Positions 37,117-46,551 of a DNA stretch of 64,000 bases are shown here, piece by piece (the stretch's first letter is position 1; each line of letters opens with the position of its first letter). The notes below the pieces were generated by a model. That model was not told the DNA's origin, searched no databases, and worked only from the letters and a program-made list of their open reading frames with translations. Origin of the DNA: Chloroflexota bacterium (lineage in GTDB: Bacteria > Chloroflexota > Anaerolineae > Anaerolineales > UBA4823); contig JAJUJL010000015.1 of the NCBI GenBank assembly GCA_029265355.1, forward strand, positions 55,012 to 119,011, in the 5' to 3' direction. Made by a program: the position numbers and the translations under genes.

Positions 37117-38198
37117 AAAAACAGTCCACTTCCTCTTACCCAAATCGTCTTGCTTTTCCGCTGTTGAATGCGCTGGTTGGCATGATGCTGGGAATGCTGA
37201 CCGGATATTACGCGGGCGCGCTTCTGGCGGGTTTACTTTACGGAGCGATATCCGGTTTGGCGGTTGGCTTCATCTTTGAGTGGATGCTGGCGCGCCGCGG
37301 CGCACTTTACCGCTGGCGGATCTATCTCTGCATCGCGCTGGAAATTCCCCTCGCCTTTTTTGTCATTGGACCCTATGCCTTTATCCATTCCCACACCAAA
37401 CCCAACCCGCATCCCATCTGTTGTGAAACACCGCTGGATTACGGTGTGGCTGAGTACGAGACGCTCCACATCGAAACGGAGACTGGGATCATCCTTGCAG
37501 GATGGTACGTCCCACCCGAAGAAAACCCGGGCGCGCTGATCATCCTTTTGCACGGCGCGGACGGAGACAGGCGGGGGACGGCGTGGCATGCCCGGCAACT
37601 CATCGAGGCGGGGTACGGCGTTTTTCTGTACGACCAGCGCGCCCTGGGCGAATCCACCGGCACCATGACCACCCTCGGCTGGAAGGACGGAAGCGATTTA
37701 CTGGCAGTCGCAGATGTCCTTGCCCAACGCCCGGAGGTGGATGGCGAAAGAATCGGCGTGGTGGGCCTATCGCTGGGCGGACATATCGCCCTCAATGCCG
37801 TCCACCTTGACCCCGAACGGTTTGCCGCTCTCTGGCTGGATGGCATCCAGGCGCAGCAAATCAGCGACTACCCCGCGGCTGAAAACTTTGCCGAGGAGTT
37901 TGCCACCTTGATCCAGACCATTAATTTGAAAATGGCTGAATTCCGAATTGGACAAAAGCCTCCCTCGCCGTTTATTGAAATCCTGCCCACAATCAACGAG
38001 ACCCCGATCCTGATCGTGATGGCGGGACAGGATGATTTCGAACGCCGCGTCTATGAGCGATACATCGGCGTGTCTGGCGCAAGCGTTGAATTCTGGTTGA
38101 TCGAAAACGCGCATCATAACAGCGGCCCTGTCCTCGATCCTGATGAATATCGTCGTCGCATGTTGGACTTCTTTCAATCAGCGATGCCGCAATTATAG
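37113..38198 (+). CDS. Membrane-anchored alpha/beta hydrolase
   Basis: ATGA overlap with the CPBP stop. About 3 N-terminal TM helices. HG oxyanion (ILLHGADG), nucleophile elbow GLSLGG, C-terminal His (ENAHHN). Confidence 0.75.
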   Translation: MKKQSTSSYPNRLAFPLLNALVGMMLGMLTGYYAGALLAGLLYGAISGLAVGFIFEWMLARRGALYRWRIYLCIALEIPLAFFVIGPYAFIHSHTKPNPHPICCETPLDYGVAEYETLHIETETGIILAGWYVPPEENPGALIILLHGADGDRRGTAWHARQLIEAGYGVFLYDQRALGESTGTMTTLGWKDGSDLLAVADVLAQRPEVDGERIGVVGLSLGGHIALNAVHLDPERFAALWLDGIQAQQISDYPAAENFAEEFATLIQTINLKMAEFRIGQKPPSPFIEILPTINETPILIVMAGQDDFERRVYERYIGVSGASVEFWLIENAHHNSGPVLDPDEYRRRMLDFFQSAMPQL

Positions 38199-38210
38199 AA
38201 AGTTTGATCA

Positions 38211-39452
38211 ATGAACAGAACCATTTTGGCCAGCCTCGCTTTGGCGCTGGCAGCCATCGCCTGCGGAAGGTCATCTGCTCCCCTCGAAACGCCGCAAAAC
38301 AGTTCACCCATAACCCCAGGCCTCATTTTTGACTGCACAGCCGACAATCCCGCCTGTGAATTGCTCCAAATTCAAGGCGATGCACCCGATGCCTATGCCA
38401 ATGGGCAGACCAGTTTCTTTCACGGCTTTGCAGATCCCACTATCCGGCAAGACCCGAAAACCGGACGCTTGTGGATGGCATACTCCTATCCCCGCGTCCA
38501 CATCCTTCCTGGCCGAGATTTCGTCCCCGGGGTGGATATCCACCTCGCCCATAGCGACGATGGCGGCGAGACCTGGATATTCGACGGCCAACTCTGGGCG
38601 TTCTATGAAGACATTGACCGCGGCAGGACCAGCGCGCCTGGCTTCACCAGCCACGAAGTCATAAACCTCCTGCCACGCGAAACCGAAGATGGCGTCATCT
38701 GGTACGGCGTGCGACTGGAGTACTTCATCCCGCTCGAAGGAAAATACGCCACCCGTCCACCTGGCAGTTTTAGGATCAAGATCATGCAAGCCGCTTCACC
38801 CCTGGAACTCAAGACTGCTCCCGTCGCCACGCTGGGTTCCACATTGACAGCCCTCGGCTGGGACGTGGACGTCAATCTCGCCGCGCTTTCCCCAGAAACG
38901 CATAAGTGCAATATGTGGAACGAACCCGCGCTGTATTTCGAAAACGGAGAATTGTTCCTGGTTTTACGCTGCCTTGCCTTTGACACGCACAAAATCCCCG
39001 ATCCAACCGAAAGCGATATTCTCGTCTACGCCACAACACCCGAAGGCGATGTGAAGACCTGGGAATGGCGTTACGTCGGCGAACTGGCGGGATACGAAGA
39101 AGCGCGGGAACTTGGCGGGCAAGGATTGACGCAGGTGGACATTGTGCGTGGTCGGGATGGCGCGCTGCTGGCAATCTTCAGTCCCGACGATTGGGATGAA
39201 TCCGCGCAGGAATTCATCCACTACGGCTGTCGTGTGGTGCAAATCGAATCAATGGATCCGCCGCTGCTGAAGAGGGACGACAACGGAAAACTGGTTGTCC
39301 GAGCCATCGTCAACGCCTCCGATCAGCAGCCGCTCGGTCCCGGTTCCTGCTCCTACGACCCTGTCTCGGCCACAGGCATCCTGATTGCACGCCGTGAAAA
39401 AACATCCACAGGGATGAATTCGTTTATCTATGCAACGAAAGTCATGCCATGA
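38211..39452 (+). CDS. Lipoprotein with Asp-box (BNR), sialidase-like beta-propeller candidate
   Basis: Lipobox LALAAIAC. Asp-box SDDGGETW. Beta-rich throughout. No closer family recognised. Confidence 0.55.
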   Translation: MNRTILASLALALAAIACGRSSAPLETPQNSSPITPGLIFDCTADNPACELLQIQGDAPDAYANGQTSFFHGFADPTIRQDPKTGRLWMAYSYPRVHILPGRDFVPGVDIHLAHSDDGGETWIFDGQLWAFYEDIDRGRTSAPGFTSHEVINLLPRETEDGVIWYGVRLEYFIPLEGKYATRPPGSFRIKIMQAASPLELKTAPVATLGSTLTALGWDVDVNLAALSPETHKCNMWNEPALYFENGELFLVLRCLAFDTHKIPDPTESDILVYATTPEGDVKTWEWRYVGELAGYEEARELGGQGLTQVDIVRGRDGALLAIFSPDDWDESAQEFIHYGCRVVQIESMDPPLLKRDDNGKLVVRAIVNASDQQPLGPGSCSYDPVSATGILIARREKTSTGMNSFIYATKVMP

Positions 39453-39668
39453 AGAAGATAAGCTTAGTGTGGAGAGAATAAGGACAGCGGTCGAGATCTT
39501 TCTCCTCACCAGGCATCTGGGAACAGGGGTGATAGTGGGATAGATGCTTGATCGGCATTTGCACATCCACGGTGCATTCGCCGGCCACTTTTGTTGTTGC
39601 AGTGGTAGAATCCGAAATCTGGCAAGTGAGGTGCTCTTTCAGGCTGCCAGGCTTGCTCACCGTTACTC

Positions 39669-42600
39669 ATGCGTTCGATAACCCCTCAGCTGCTCGATAA
39701 CTATCCCTACTCGCGCTACGCCGATGCCCGGAGCATTTCGCGCGGCCGCAGTTACTATCAAGAAGGCCGTGTCCGGGATATCGAGCTGGTCAGCCGCAGC
39801 AATGCCATCTGCGAGGTCTCCGGCGATACGGGCGATTACACGGTTGAAATCAACGTTGATCAGAAATCTGGGCAGCTTGAATTCGACTGCGATTGCCCGT
39901 ATGCGGCGGACGGCAATTTCTGCAAACACATGGTGGCGGCGGCGCTGGAGTTGAGCGAGTACCTCAAGGAGCAGGACGAGGACAGCGAAGATGATGACTT
40001 CGAGTACTTTGACGAAGATGAAGCAGATTTCAGCTTCGGGCAAGAGCTCATATACCCGCCCCAGCCTCAGGCAGCTCGGAACTGGCGCAACCGGCTCGAT
40101 GCACTGATTTACAACTTGCCCCCGGTCGCCCGGTCCGCCGGAAAGACAAAGGCGTATGCCGGGGTGTTCCTGATCATCAAAGAGGATTATTACTTCCAGG
40201 GCGCTTTTGGATACATGCCCTATCTTCTCCGGGCCAGGCAGTGGCCCCGGCTTCGAGAGATGACCGAGGCGGACGCCCAAGCGATTAATGCCCTGCTGGA
40301 GGCCGATACCGAGTGGTACAAATACGGCGAGGAGCTGTACTCACAGCCCGATCCGGCGGAGTGCCTGAATCTGGCTCCGGAGGCGATCAACCTGCTGTAT
40401 GTGATTGCGCAGTATATCCGTTTCTTCGGCGCGTTCACCTCCATTTCCAATTATTTTTCGCTGATCGCCGCGCTGAAAATCCCAACCTTCGTTGTCAGCC
40501 GCTCGAAAAGGCGAGTCGAAAGACGGGTGCACATCATCCCCGAGCCGGTCGATCTGGAGGTTGTCTTCACCCGCCAGGAGGAGAACCTGGTTTTGCAGGC
40601 CGGGTTTGTGAATGAAGCTTTCATGCCCGGCGAATATAAAGTCGAAAGGCTTTCGCAAAACCCGCCCTGGTTGCTGATGGGGAATGCGGTTTTTACACCC
40701 CGCGACCCGAGACCGCTGCCAGTCTTGCCTTACTTCCCAATCGTTATTCCCGAGAGCGAGGCTGAGTTCTTCCGCCAGCACTACCTGAGGCGCGTGGCGG
40801 AGCTGCTGCCGGTCAAAAGCGACCTGATTCAATGGCGCGATATCCACGCCGATCCTATCCCGCGCCTGTACCTCTACGAGGAGCGTACTGGTTTGCTGCG
40901 CGCTGGGCTGCATTATGGCTACGGTGATTTTGAGATGCCGGCCGCAAAGAGCGTCGAGCGCACTTCCGTCGAGACGGTTCCCGATACATGGGAGTTAGTA
41001 CGCATCCACCGCCAGCCAGAACGCGAGCAGTTTTTCTACCAGTTGCTGACTGACCCAATTTACCGCTTGAAGCGCGCCGGCAGCGACCAGCCTTTCGGCG
41101 TCTTTGAACTGCGCGCCCGCGTCCACCCAGTGGATTTTCTCATGCACGCGGTGCCGCTGCTCACCCGGGCGGGCTTCGAGATCTACGGCGAAGAAAATCT
41201 CAAAGTGGGCAAGGTCAACCGCGCCACGCCCACGGTGCGAGTCAATATTACCTCCGGCATCGATTGGTTCGATTTGAGGGCTGTTGTCGAATATGGCGAC
41301 CAGCAAATTTCGCTGCAGGAGGTGCGCAAGGCGCTCAAGCGAGGAGAGCGCTATGCCAAGCTCGCCGATGGCTCGCTTGGGCAGATCCCCGAGCAATGGC
41401 TGGAAAAATACAAGCACTTGTGGGAGTTATCGGAAGAGACCTCGGATGGGCTGCGAGTGCGCGATTATCACCTGTCTTTGCTCGACGCGCTGCTCGAAGA
41501 GCGAGAAGTTTTCATGCCCGCCGAACTGCTGCAGCGCCGCGAGCGCCTGCGCAGTTTCGAGCAGATCACCTCCCAGCCGCTGCCGGTCGGATTCAAGGGC
41601 GAGCTGCGCCCCTACCAGAAGCATGGCTTCGATTGGCTTTATTTCCTGCGGGAATATCACTTTGGCGGTATCCTGGCGGATGATATGGGGCTGGGTAAGA
41701 CGATCCAGGTGCTGGCCTTCTTGCAGTCGCTGCACGAGCGCCACCCAGGAGGAGCAGCCTCCTTGCTGGTGGTACCCAAGAGCCTCATCGCTAACTGGCA
41801 GCGGGAGGCAAGTCGCTTTACACCTGAGCTGAGCTTCCTGGAATACCTGGGCAACCTGCGCAGCAGAGACACAGCAGACTTCGATGGTTATGATGTCATT
41901 CTCACTACCTATGGCACGATGCTGAAGGATATCGAGATCCTGCGCAAGTATAAATTTCATTACGCCATATTGGACGAGTCGCAAGCCATCAAAAACCCGC
42001 TGGCGAAGAGCGCCAAGGCAGCTCGCTTGCTCAACGCCGAGCATCGCCTGGTGATGACCGGCACACCGGTTGAAAACAACACTTTCGAGCTGTGGTCGCA
42101 GTTCGCTTTTCTCAACCCGGGACTGCTCGGCAACATGGAATACTTCAAGCGCGAATTTGCCAGCCCGATCGAAAGCAGCCAGGACGAACCGTCGGCTGCC
42201 ACGCTGCGCAAACTGGTTTACCCGTTCATCTTGCGCCGCACCAAGGAGCAGGTGGCGCCGGAACTGCCGCCGCGCAGCGAGCGCGTCATTTACACCGATA
42301 TGGATACTGTGCAGAAAAAGCTGTACACCCGGACGCGCGATCGCTACCGCGCCGAGTTGATGGGACTGATCGAAAAACAGGGCATCCAGGATGCGCGCTT
42401 TCGGATCATTGAAGGGCTATTGCGCCTGCGGCAAATCGCCATCCACCCTGCGCTGGTGGAGCGCAGCTATACAGGCAGCTCGCCCAAGTTCGAGCTCGTG
42501 ATGCAAACTCTGGAAACATTGCAAGCCGAACGCCACAAGGCGCTCATCTTCTCGCAGTTTGTGGAAACGCTCAGGCTGTTGCGGCAGGAGTTGGAGCTTC

Positions 42601-42986
42601 AAAAGATTAAGTACGCTTACCTGGATGGAAAAACAGCCAACCGCCAGGCGCAGGTGGATTTATTCCAGGATGACGACGCTGTGCCATTTTTTCTGATCAG
42701 TCTGAAAGCCGGCGGCGTGGGCTTGAATCTGACCGCCGCCGACTATGTCATTCATCTCGACCCGTGGTGGAATCCCGCTGTGGAAATGCAGGCCAGTGAC
42801 CGCGCCCATCGCATCGGTCAGGAGAAACCGGTCTTCATCTATAAAATCATCGCTCGCGACACGGTGGAAGAGAAGATCTTGCAGCTCCAGGAAAAGAAAC
42901 GCGCCCTGGTCTCCAGCCTGATCACCACCGAGGCCAGCTTCTTCAAGTCGCTGACCTCGGAGGATGTTAAACTGCTGTTCGAATGA
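39669..42986 (+). CDS. SWIM zinc-finger / SNF2-family helicase (1105 aa)
   Basis: SWIM CDCPYAADGNFCKHMVAAAL. SNF2 motifs ILADDMGLGKT, AILDESQAIKN, MTGTPVEN. Helicase-C LISLKAGGVGLNLT, WWNPAVEMQASDRAHRIGQ. Confidence 0.9.
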   Translation: MRSITPQLLDNYPYSRYADARSISRGRSYYQEGRVRDIELVSRSNAICEVSGDTGDYTVEINVDQKSGQLEFDCDCPYAADGNFCKHMVAAALELSEYLKEQDEDSEDDDFEYFDEDEADFSFGQELIYPPQPQAARNWRNRLDALIYNLPPVARSAGKTKAYAGVFLIIKEDYYFQGAFGYMPYLLRARQWPRLREMTEADAQAINALLEADTEWYKYGEELYSQPDPAECLNLAPEAINLLYVIAQYIRFFGAFTSISNYFSLIAALKIPTFVVSRSKRRVERRVHIIPEPVDLEVVFTRQEENLVLQAGFVNEAFMPGEYKVERLSQNPPWLLMGNAVFTPRDPRPLPVLPYFPIVIPESEAEFFRQHYLRRVAELLPVKSDLIQWRDIHADPIPRLYLYEERTGLLRAGLHYGYGDFEMPAAKSVERTSVETVPDTWELVRIHRQPEREQFFYQLLTDPIYRLKRAGSDQPFGVFELRARVHPVDFLMHAVPLLTRAGFEIYGEENLKVGKVNRATPTVRVNITSGIDWFDLRAVVEYGDQQISLQEVRKALKRGERYAKLADGSLGQIPEQWLEKYKHLWELSEETSDGLRVRDYHLSLLDALLEEREVFMPAELLQRRERLRSFEQITSQPLPVGFKGELRPYQKHGFDWLYFLREYHFGGILADDMGLGKTIQVLAFLQSLHERHPGGAASLLVVPKSLIANWQREASRFTPELSFLEYLGNLRSRDTADFDGYDVILTTYGTMLKDIEILRKYKFHYAILDESQAIKNPLAKSAKAARLLNAEHRLVMTGTPVENNTFELWSQFAFLNPGLLGNMEYFKREFASPIESSQDEPSAATLRKLVYPFILRRTKEQVAPELPPRSERVIYTDMDTVQKKLYTRTRDRYRAELMGLIEKQGIQDARFRIIEGLLRLRQIAIHPALVERSYTGSSPKFELVMQTLETLQAERHKALIFSQFVETLRLLRQELELQKIKYAYLDGKTANRQAQVDLFQDDDAVPFFLISLKAGGVGLNLTAADYVIHLDPWWNPAVEMQASDRAHRIGQEKPVFIYKIIARDTVEEKILQLQEKKRALVSSLITTEASFFKSLTSEDVKLLFE

Positions 42987-42990
42987 TCCT

Positions 42991-43677
42991 CTACATCTGG
43001 AATTCGATCTCTCTGGAAAATTTATTCACCACTGTATGGGGATCGAGCGGGCCTCCATGTCCCACGAATAACCTGGCAGGTTGCAGGGCGATCACTTTGC
43101 GTATGCTGGCGCGCACTGCGCAGAGGTCCTCGGCAAAGTAATGGTGCTTGGGCTGCGAGCTCAGCAGGTTGCCGCCCATGTAGCCGCCCATCAACAGATC
43201 GCCAATAATCGCCTCGCGGTTGGGGAAGAACAGCGAGATCGAGCCGGCAGTGTGCCCGGGGGTGTGAAAGATGGTACCCTGGATGCCGAAGCGGCTCAAC
43301 TCGATAGCTTCATCGATCAGCAGATCAGGTTCCAAAGCAGGGAAAGGCCTGTCCACCACGGGCTTGATCAGGCGCGCTTCCAGGCGCATCGGGGTGAGCG
43401 GATTCATACGGCCCCGGCGAAGCTGGTCTGCGTCTGCGACGTGGACGGCAGTGGGGATGCCTAAAAGGCGCTTTAGTTCGGCGCTGCTGCCAGCGTGGTC
43501 GACATGGGCATGTGTGTGCAGAATCAGGGAGATGTCACCTGGCTTTATCCCGATCTGCCGTGCAGCGTTGATTATCTGTTTGCCTTCACCTGGCATGCCG
43601 CTATCCACCAGGATCGTTTTCTCACCCTGTACCAGGTAAACGTTCGAAAAGTTAAGCTTGAGTCGATGGATCTTCAT
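42991..43677 (-). CDS. MBL-fold metallo-hydrolase
   Basis: ATG 43677. HTHAHVDHAG metal motif, HTPGHT, VGHG. Convergent with the helicase gene (4-bp gap). Confidence 0.85.
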   Translation of the reverse strand: MKIHRLKLNFSNVYLVQGEKTILVDSGMPGEGKQIINAARQIGIKPGDISLILHTHAHVDHAGSSAELKRLLGIPTAVHVADADQLRRGRMNPLTPMRLEARLIKPVVDRPFPALEPDLLIDEAIELSRFGIQGTIFHTPGHTAGSISLFFPNREAIIGDLLMGGYMGGNLLSSQPKHHYFAEDLCAVRASIRKVIALQPARLFVGHGGPLDPHTVVNKFSREIEFQM

Positions 43678-43696
43678 TTTCTTCTTCCTGAAAAAA

Positions 43697-43750
43697 ATAT
43701 ACACCGTTTATATATGGTGTAAATATACAGTGTTTATATTTCTCTGTCAA
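43697..43750 (-). promoter_or_regulatory. MBL-hydrolase promoter with TetR-operator-like repeats
   Basis: Minus strand TTGACA (43750-43745), 17 nt, TATATT (43727-43722). Two direct 17-mers ATATACA(C/G)(C/T)GTTTATAT at 43697-43713 and 43723-43739. On the minus strand ACGGTGTATATTT matches the TetR operator arm at 9567-9579. Confidence 0.5.
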
Positions 43751-43779
43751 GGGTTGGGATGTATAATTTATCTGTTGCT

Positions 43780-44469
43780 ATGACCACCATTCATCTGCCC
43801 GAGCTCAAGATCGATGCGCTCTACCGCCGTTTCGACGCGCCGATGGTCGATTGCGACTGCGGTTTGATGTGCGCACCGCACAACCCAAGCGGCAAGCCCT
43901 TCTGCTGTGACATTTGTCACGCGGTGCCGGCGGCGTACCAGCAAGAGTGGGATTACCTGCAGCCCCGCACGAATTTGTGGCATGTGTGGCGCGGGGATGA
44001 GTGCCCTGGCGAGAAGGAAAATCCCGAAGAGCTGCGCGGCGAGACGCCGCAGCACATGCTGCTGCTGGCCTGCCTGGGCCCAGCGCACTGCCAGCGCCAG
44101 TTCCGCGCGGTGGGCTGCCGCCAGTTCCCCTTCTTTCCGTATATTGCCTCTGATTACCGCTTCCTTGGCCTGGCTTACGAGTGGGCGTTCGAAGACACCT
44201 GTTGGGTGATCAGCAACCTGGGGCGCGTCAGCGCGGAGTACCGCGCCGAGTTCTTGGGAGTATACGAAGATCTCTTTGCTCGCTGGCAGGCCGACCTGGA
44301 CAGCTATTACCTGCAGTCCGAGCAGATGCGCATCCAGTTCAGCGCCATGAATCGGCGCATTCCACTGTTGCATCGCAATGGAGGGTTTTACCTGGTCAGC
44401 CCCAACAGCGAGCGCATGCGGCGGGTGGCGCCGGAACGCCTGCCGCGCTTTGGACCGTACACGACTTGA
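43780..44469 (+). CDS. Cys-rich hypothetical protein, possibly YkgJ/UPF0153-like metal-chelating domain
   Basis: CDCGLMC...CCDIC and C(x6)C...CRQFPFFPY resemble the CxxCxxCC-family pattern. TATAAT at 43762-43767 argues for ATG 43780 (near-leaderless) over ATG 43759. Confidence 0.5.
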   Translation: MTTIHLPELKIDALYRRFDAPMVDCDCGLMCAPHNPSGKPFCCDICHAVPAAYQQEWDYLQPRTNLWHVWRGDECPGEKENPEELRGETPQHMLLLACLGPAHCQRQFRAVGCRQFPFFPYIASDYRFLGLAYEWAFEDTCWVISNLGRVSAEYRAEFLGVYEDLFARWQADLDSYYLQSEQMRIQFSAMNRRIPLLHRNGGFYLVSPNSERMRRVAPERLPRFGPYTT

Positions 44470-44493
44470 TCGCAAGGTTCGCGAGGAGGAAGA

Positions 44494-44955
44494 ATGGCCA
44501 CGACAATGCAGATTAATGGGCTGGAGCACATGGCGTTGGGGGATTTTCCAGCGCTGTTTGCCAGTCTGGAAGCGCCGCAAGCTCTGCTCGGCGATTACCG
44601 GGCTGCGTTTACCGGCCCGACCTGGCTGCAGCGCATCGCTGGGCCGGGGCTTTGGCCCTTGGGCTTGGGGGGCTGGTGGGGCAAGCGCTTCGAAGCCGAC
44701 GGCAGCGGCGTGAACCTGGTGCAGCGCGGCGGCGAGCTGCTGCGCATCTTCCCCATCCATCTGGTTTCGGCGCCGTCCCTGCTGGACGGTAAGCCCTGCC
44801 TGAGCGTGCGCTATCATCCTGAATGCCCCTTCCCATGGCCGCATATCATCGACGACCTGCGCAGCCTGGATGAGCGCACCCTGCTGGGCATGACTATGGT
44901 CAATGCTGGCGCGCTGCGCAGGCTGGCGTTGCCCTTTCTGTTGTTCAAAGCGTGA
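44494..44955 (+). CDS. GXWXG / DUF4334-like protein
   Basis: GAGGAGGA SD. GGWWGKRF (GxWxG) motif in the N-terminal half. About 150 aa. Family assignment from memory only. Confidence 0.5.
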   Translation: MATTMQINGLEHMALGDFPALFASLEAPQALLGDYRAAFTGPTWLQRIAGPGLWPLGLGGWWGKRFEADGSGVNLVQRGGELLRIFPIHLVSAPSLLDGKPCLSVRYHPECPFPWPHIIDDLRSLDERTLLGMTMVNAGALRRLALPFLLFKA

Positions 44956-44962
44956 GCGAGTT

Positions 44963-46525
44963 ATGGACTACGACGTCATTATCGTCGGCAGTGGCTTTGG
45001 CGGTAGCGTCGCTGCGCTGCGCTTGAGTGAGAAGGGTTACCGCGTGGCGGTGGTGGAGCAAGGCCGGCGGGTGCACACTGCGGACCTGGAACGGGCGAAC
45101 CGCTCGCTGCGTCACCTGTTCTGGATGCCTTCCCTGGGGATGAAAGGCATCTTCTACCAGCGTTTCTTCCGCCACGTCACCATTGTTGGCGGGGTGGGTG
45201 TGGGCGGGGGCAGCCTGGTGTACGCCGCCGTGCTGCTCGAACCCCCGGCAAAGTTCTTCTCCGACCCAGCCTGGAGCAAGCTGGGCATTGACTGGCAGGT
45301 AGAGCTGCGCCCGCATTATGAGCGCGCGGCGCGCATGTTAGGACGGCAAACCTGCCCATCCTTCCATGAGCAGGATCACGCTCTGCAATCCACAGCCGAA
45401 GCGCTGGGCGCTGGCGCAACCTTTGGCCCTGCACCGTTGGGCATCTACTTTGGGCAGCCCAGCGTCGAGGTGGAAGACCCCTATTTCGAAGGTAAGGGGC
45501 CGCGGCGCACCGGCTGCCGCCTGTGCGGCGCCTGCCTGGCCGGCTGCCAGCATGGCGCCAAGAACACGCTGGACCAGAACTACCTGTACCTGGCGGAGCG
45601 GCTAGGCGCAGTGATCCTGCCGGAGCGCAAGGCGACGCTGATTCGCCCGCTGCCGGGTGGAGGCTACCAGCTCGAGACGCGCAATCCTTTCACGGGGCAG
45701 CGCTACCCGGCGCTGCAGGCGAAGATGCTGGTACTGGCTGCGGGAGTACTGGGCACACTCGAACTGCTGCTGCGCTGCCGGGATCAATTCCACACGCTGC
45801 CCGGTCTATCACCCAGGCTGGGCAAGCTGGTGCGCACCAACAGCGAGGCCATCACCGGCGTATTAAAACGCGATCACAATGCCGACCTGAGTCGCGGCCC
45901 GGCAATCTCTTCGCATTTCTACCCGAACGACCATACTCACATAACCCAGAATCGCCTGCCGCCCAGTTATGGTTTCATGCAGTTGTACGCCGGACCTTTG
46001 GTGGATGGCTCGACGCCATTCCAGCGGGCGCTGAAAACGCTGGCACAGTTTCCTGCGCACCTTGCCCGCTGGCTCTCCGCCGCGCCATGGAAAAGCTGGC
46101 ATCGCCGCATCACGCTGATTTCCACCATGCAACAACTCGATAACCAGCTTTCCTTTGAGTTGAAGCGCGGCCTGGCAGGTTTCAGGTTGCAATCGATATC
46201 AGTGAATAGGGGCAGCGCGCCGACCTACATCCCCGAGGCCAACCGGGCAGCAGCCGAGTTTGCCCGCCAGATTGGCGGCATACCGACCAACGCAGTTTTG
46301 GAGAGCCTGTTGAATATGTCGGTGACGGCGCACATCCTGGGTGGTTGCCCGATAGGCAAAGACGCCCACAGTGGGGTGATCGATGCCAGGCACGAGGTGT
46401 TTGGCTACCCAGGCATGTACATCGTGGATGGAGCCGCTGTACCGGCGAACGTGGGTGTGAATCCCAGCCTGACCATCACCGCGCTGGCAGAGCGGGCGAT
46501 GAGCCTGGTGCCGTCAAATACCTGA
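44963..46525 (+). CDS. GMC-family FAD oxidoreductase (ChoD/Rv3409c-like)
   Basis: YDVIIVGSGFGGSVAALRLSEKGYRVAVVEQG. Cys motif CRLCGACLAGCQHGAKNTL. C-terminal HILGGCPIG...VDGAAVPANVGVNPSLTI. Confidence 0.85.
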   Translation: MDYDVIIVGSGFGGSVAALRLSEKGYRVAVVEQGRRVHTADLERANRSLRHLFWMPSLGMKGIFYQRFFRHVTIVGGVGVGGGSLVYAAVLLEPPAKFFSDPAWSKLGIDWQVELRPHYERAARMLGRQTCPSFHEQDHALQSTAEALGAGATFGPAPLGIYFGQPSVEVEDPYFEGKGPRRTGCRLCGACLAGCQHGAKNTLDQNYLYLAERLGAVILPERKATLIRPLPGGGYQLETRNPFTGQRYPALQAKMLVLAAGVLGTLELLLRCRDQFHTLPGLSPRLGKLVRTNSEAITGVLKRDHNADLSRGPAISSHFYPNDHTHITQNRLPPSYGFMQLYAGPLVDGSTPFQRALKTLAQFPAHLARWLSAAPWKSWHRRITLISTMQQLDNQLSFELKRGLAGFRLQSISVNRGSAPTYIPEANRAAAEFARQIGGIPTNAVLESLLNMSVTAHILGGCPIGKDAHSGVIDARHEVFGYPGMYIVDGAAVPANVGVNPSLTITALAERAMSLVPSNT

Positions 46526-46551
46526 AACCAGCCGAGCTGCTGAGGATCGGT

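Noticed and set aside
39669-43677. Possible phage-defence system built on the SNF2 helicase plus the MBL-fold hydrolase.
   Set aside because: The genes are convergent, not co-transcribed. No methyltransferase, nuclease, DUF or ATPase partners typical of DISARM/Zorya/BREX-like systems are present, and the MBL gene has its own regulated promoter.
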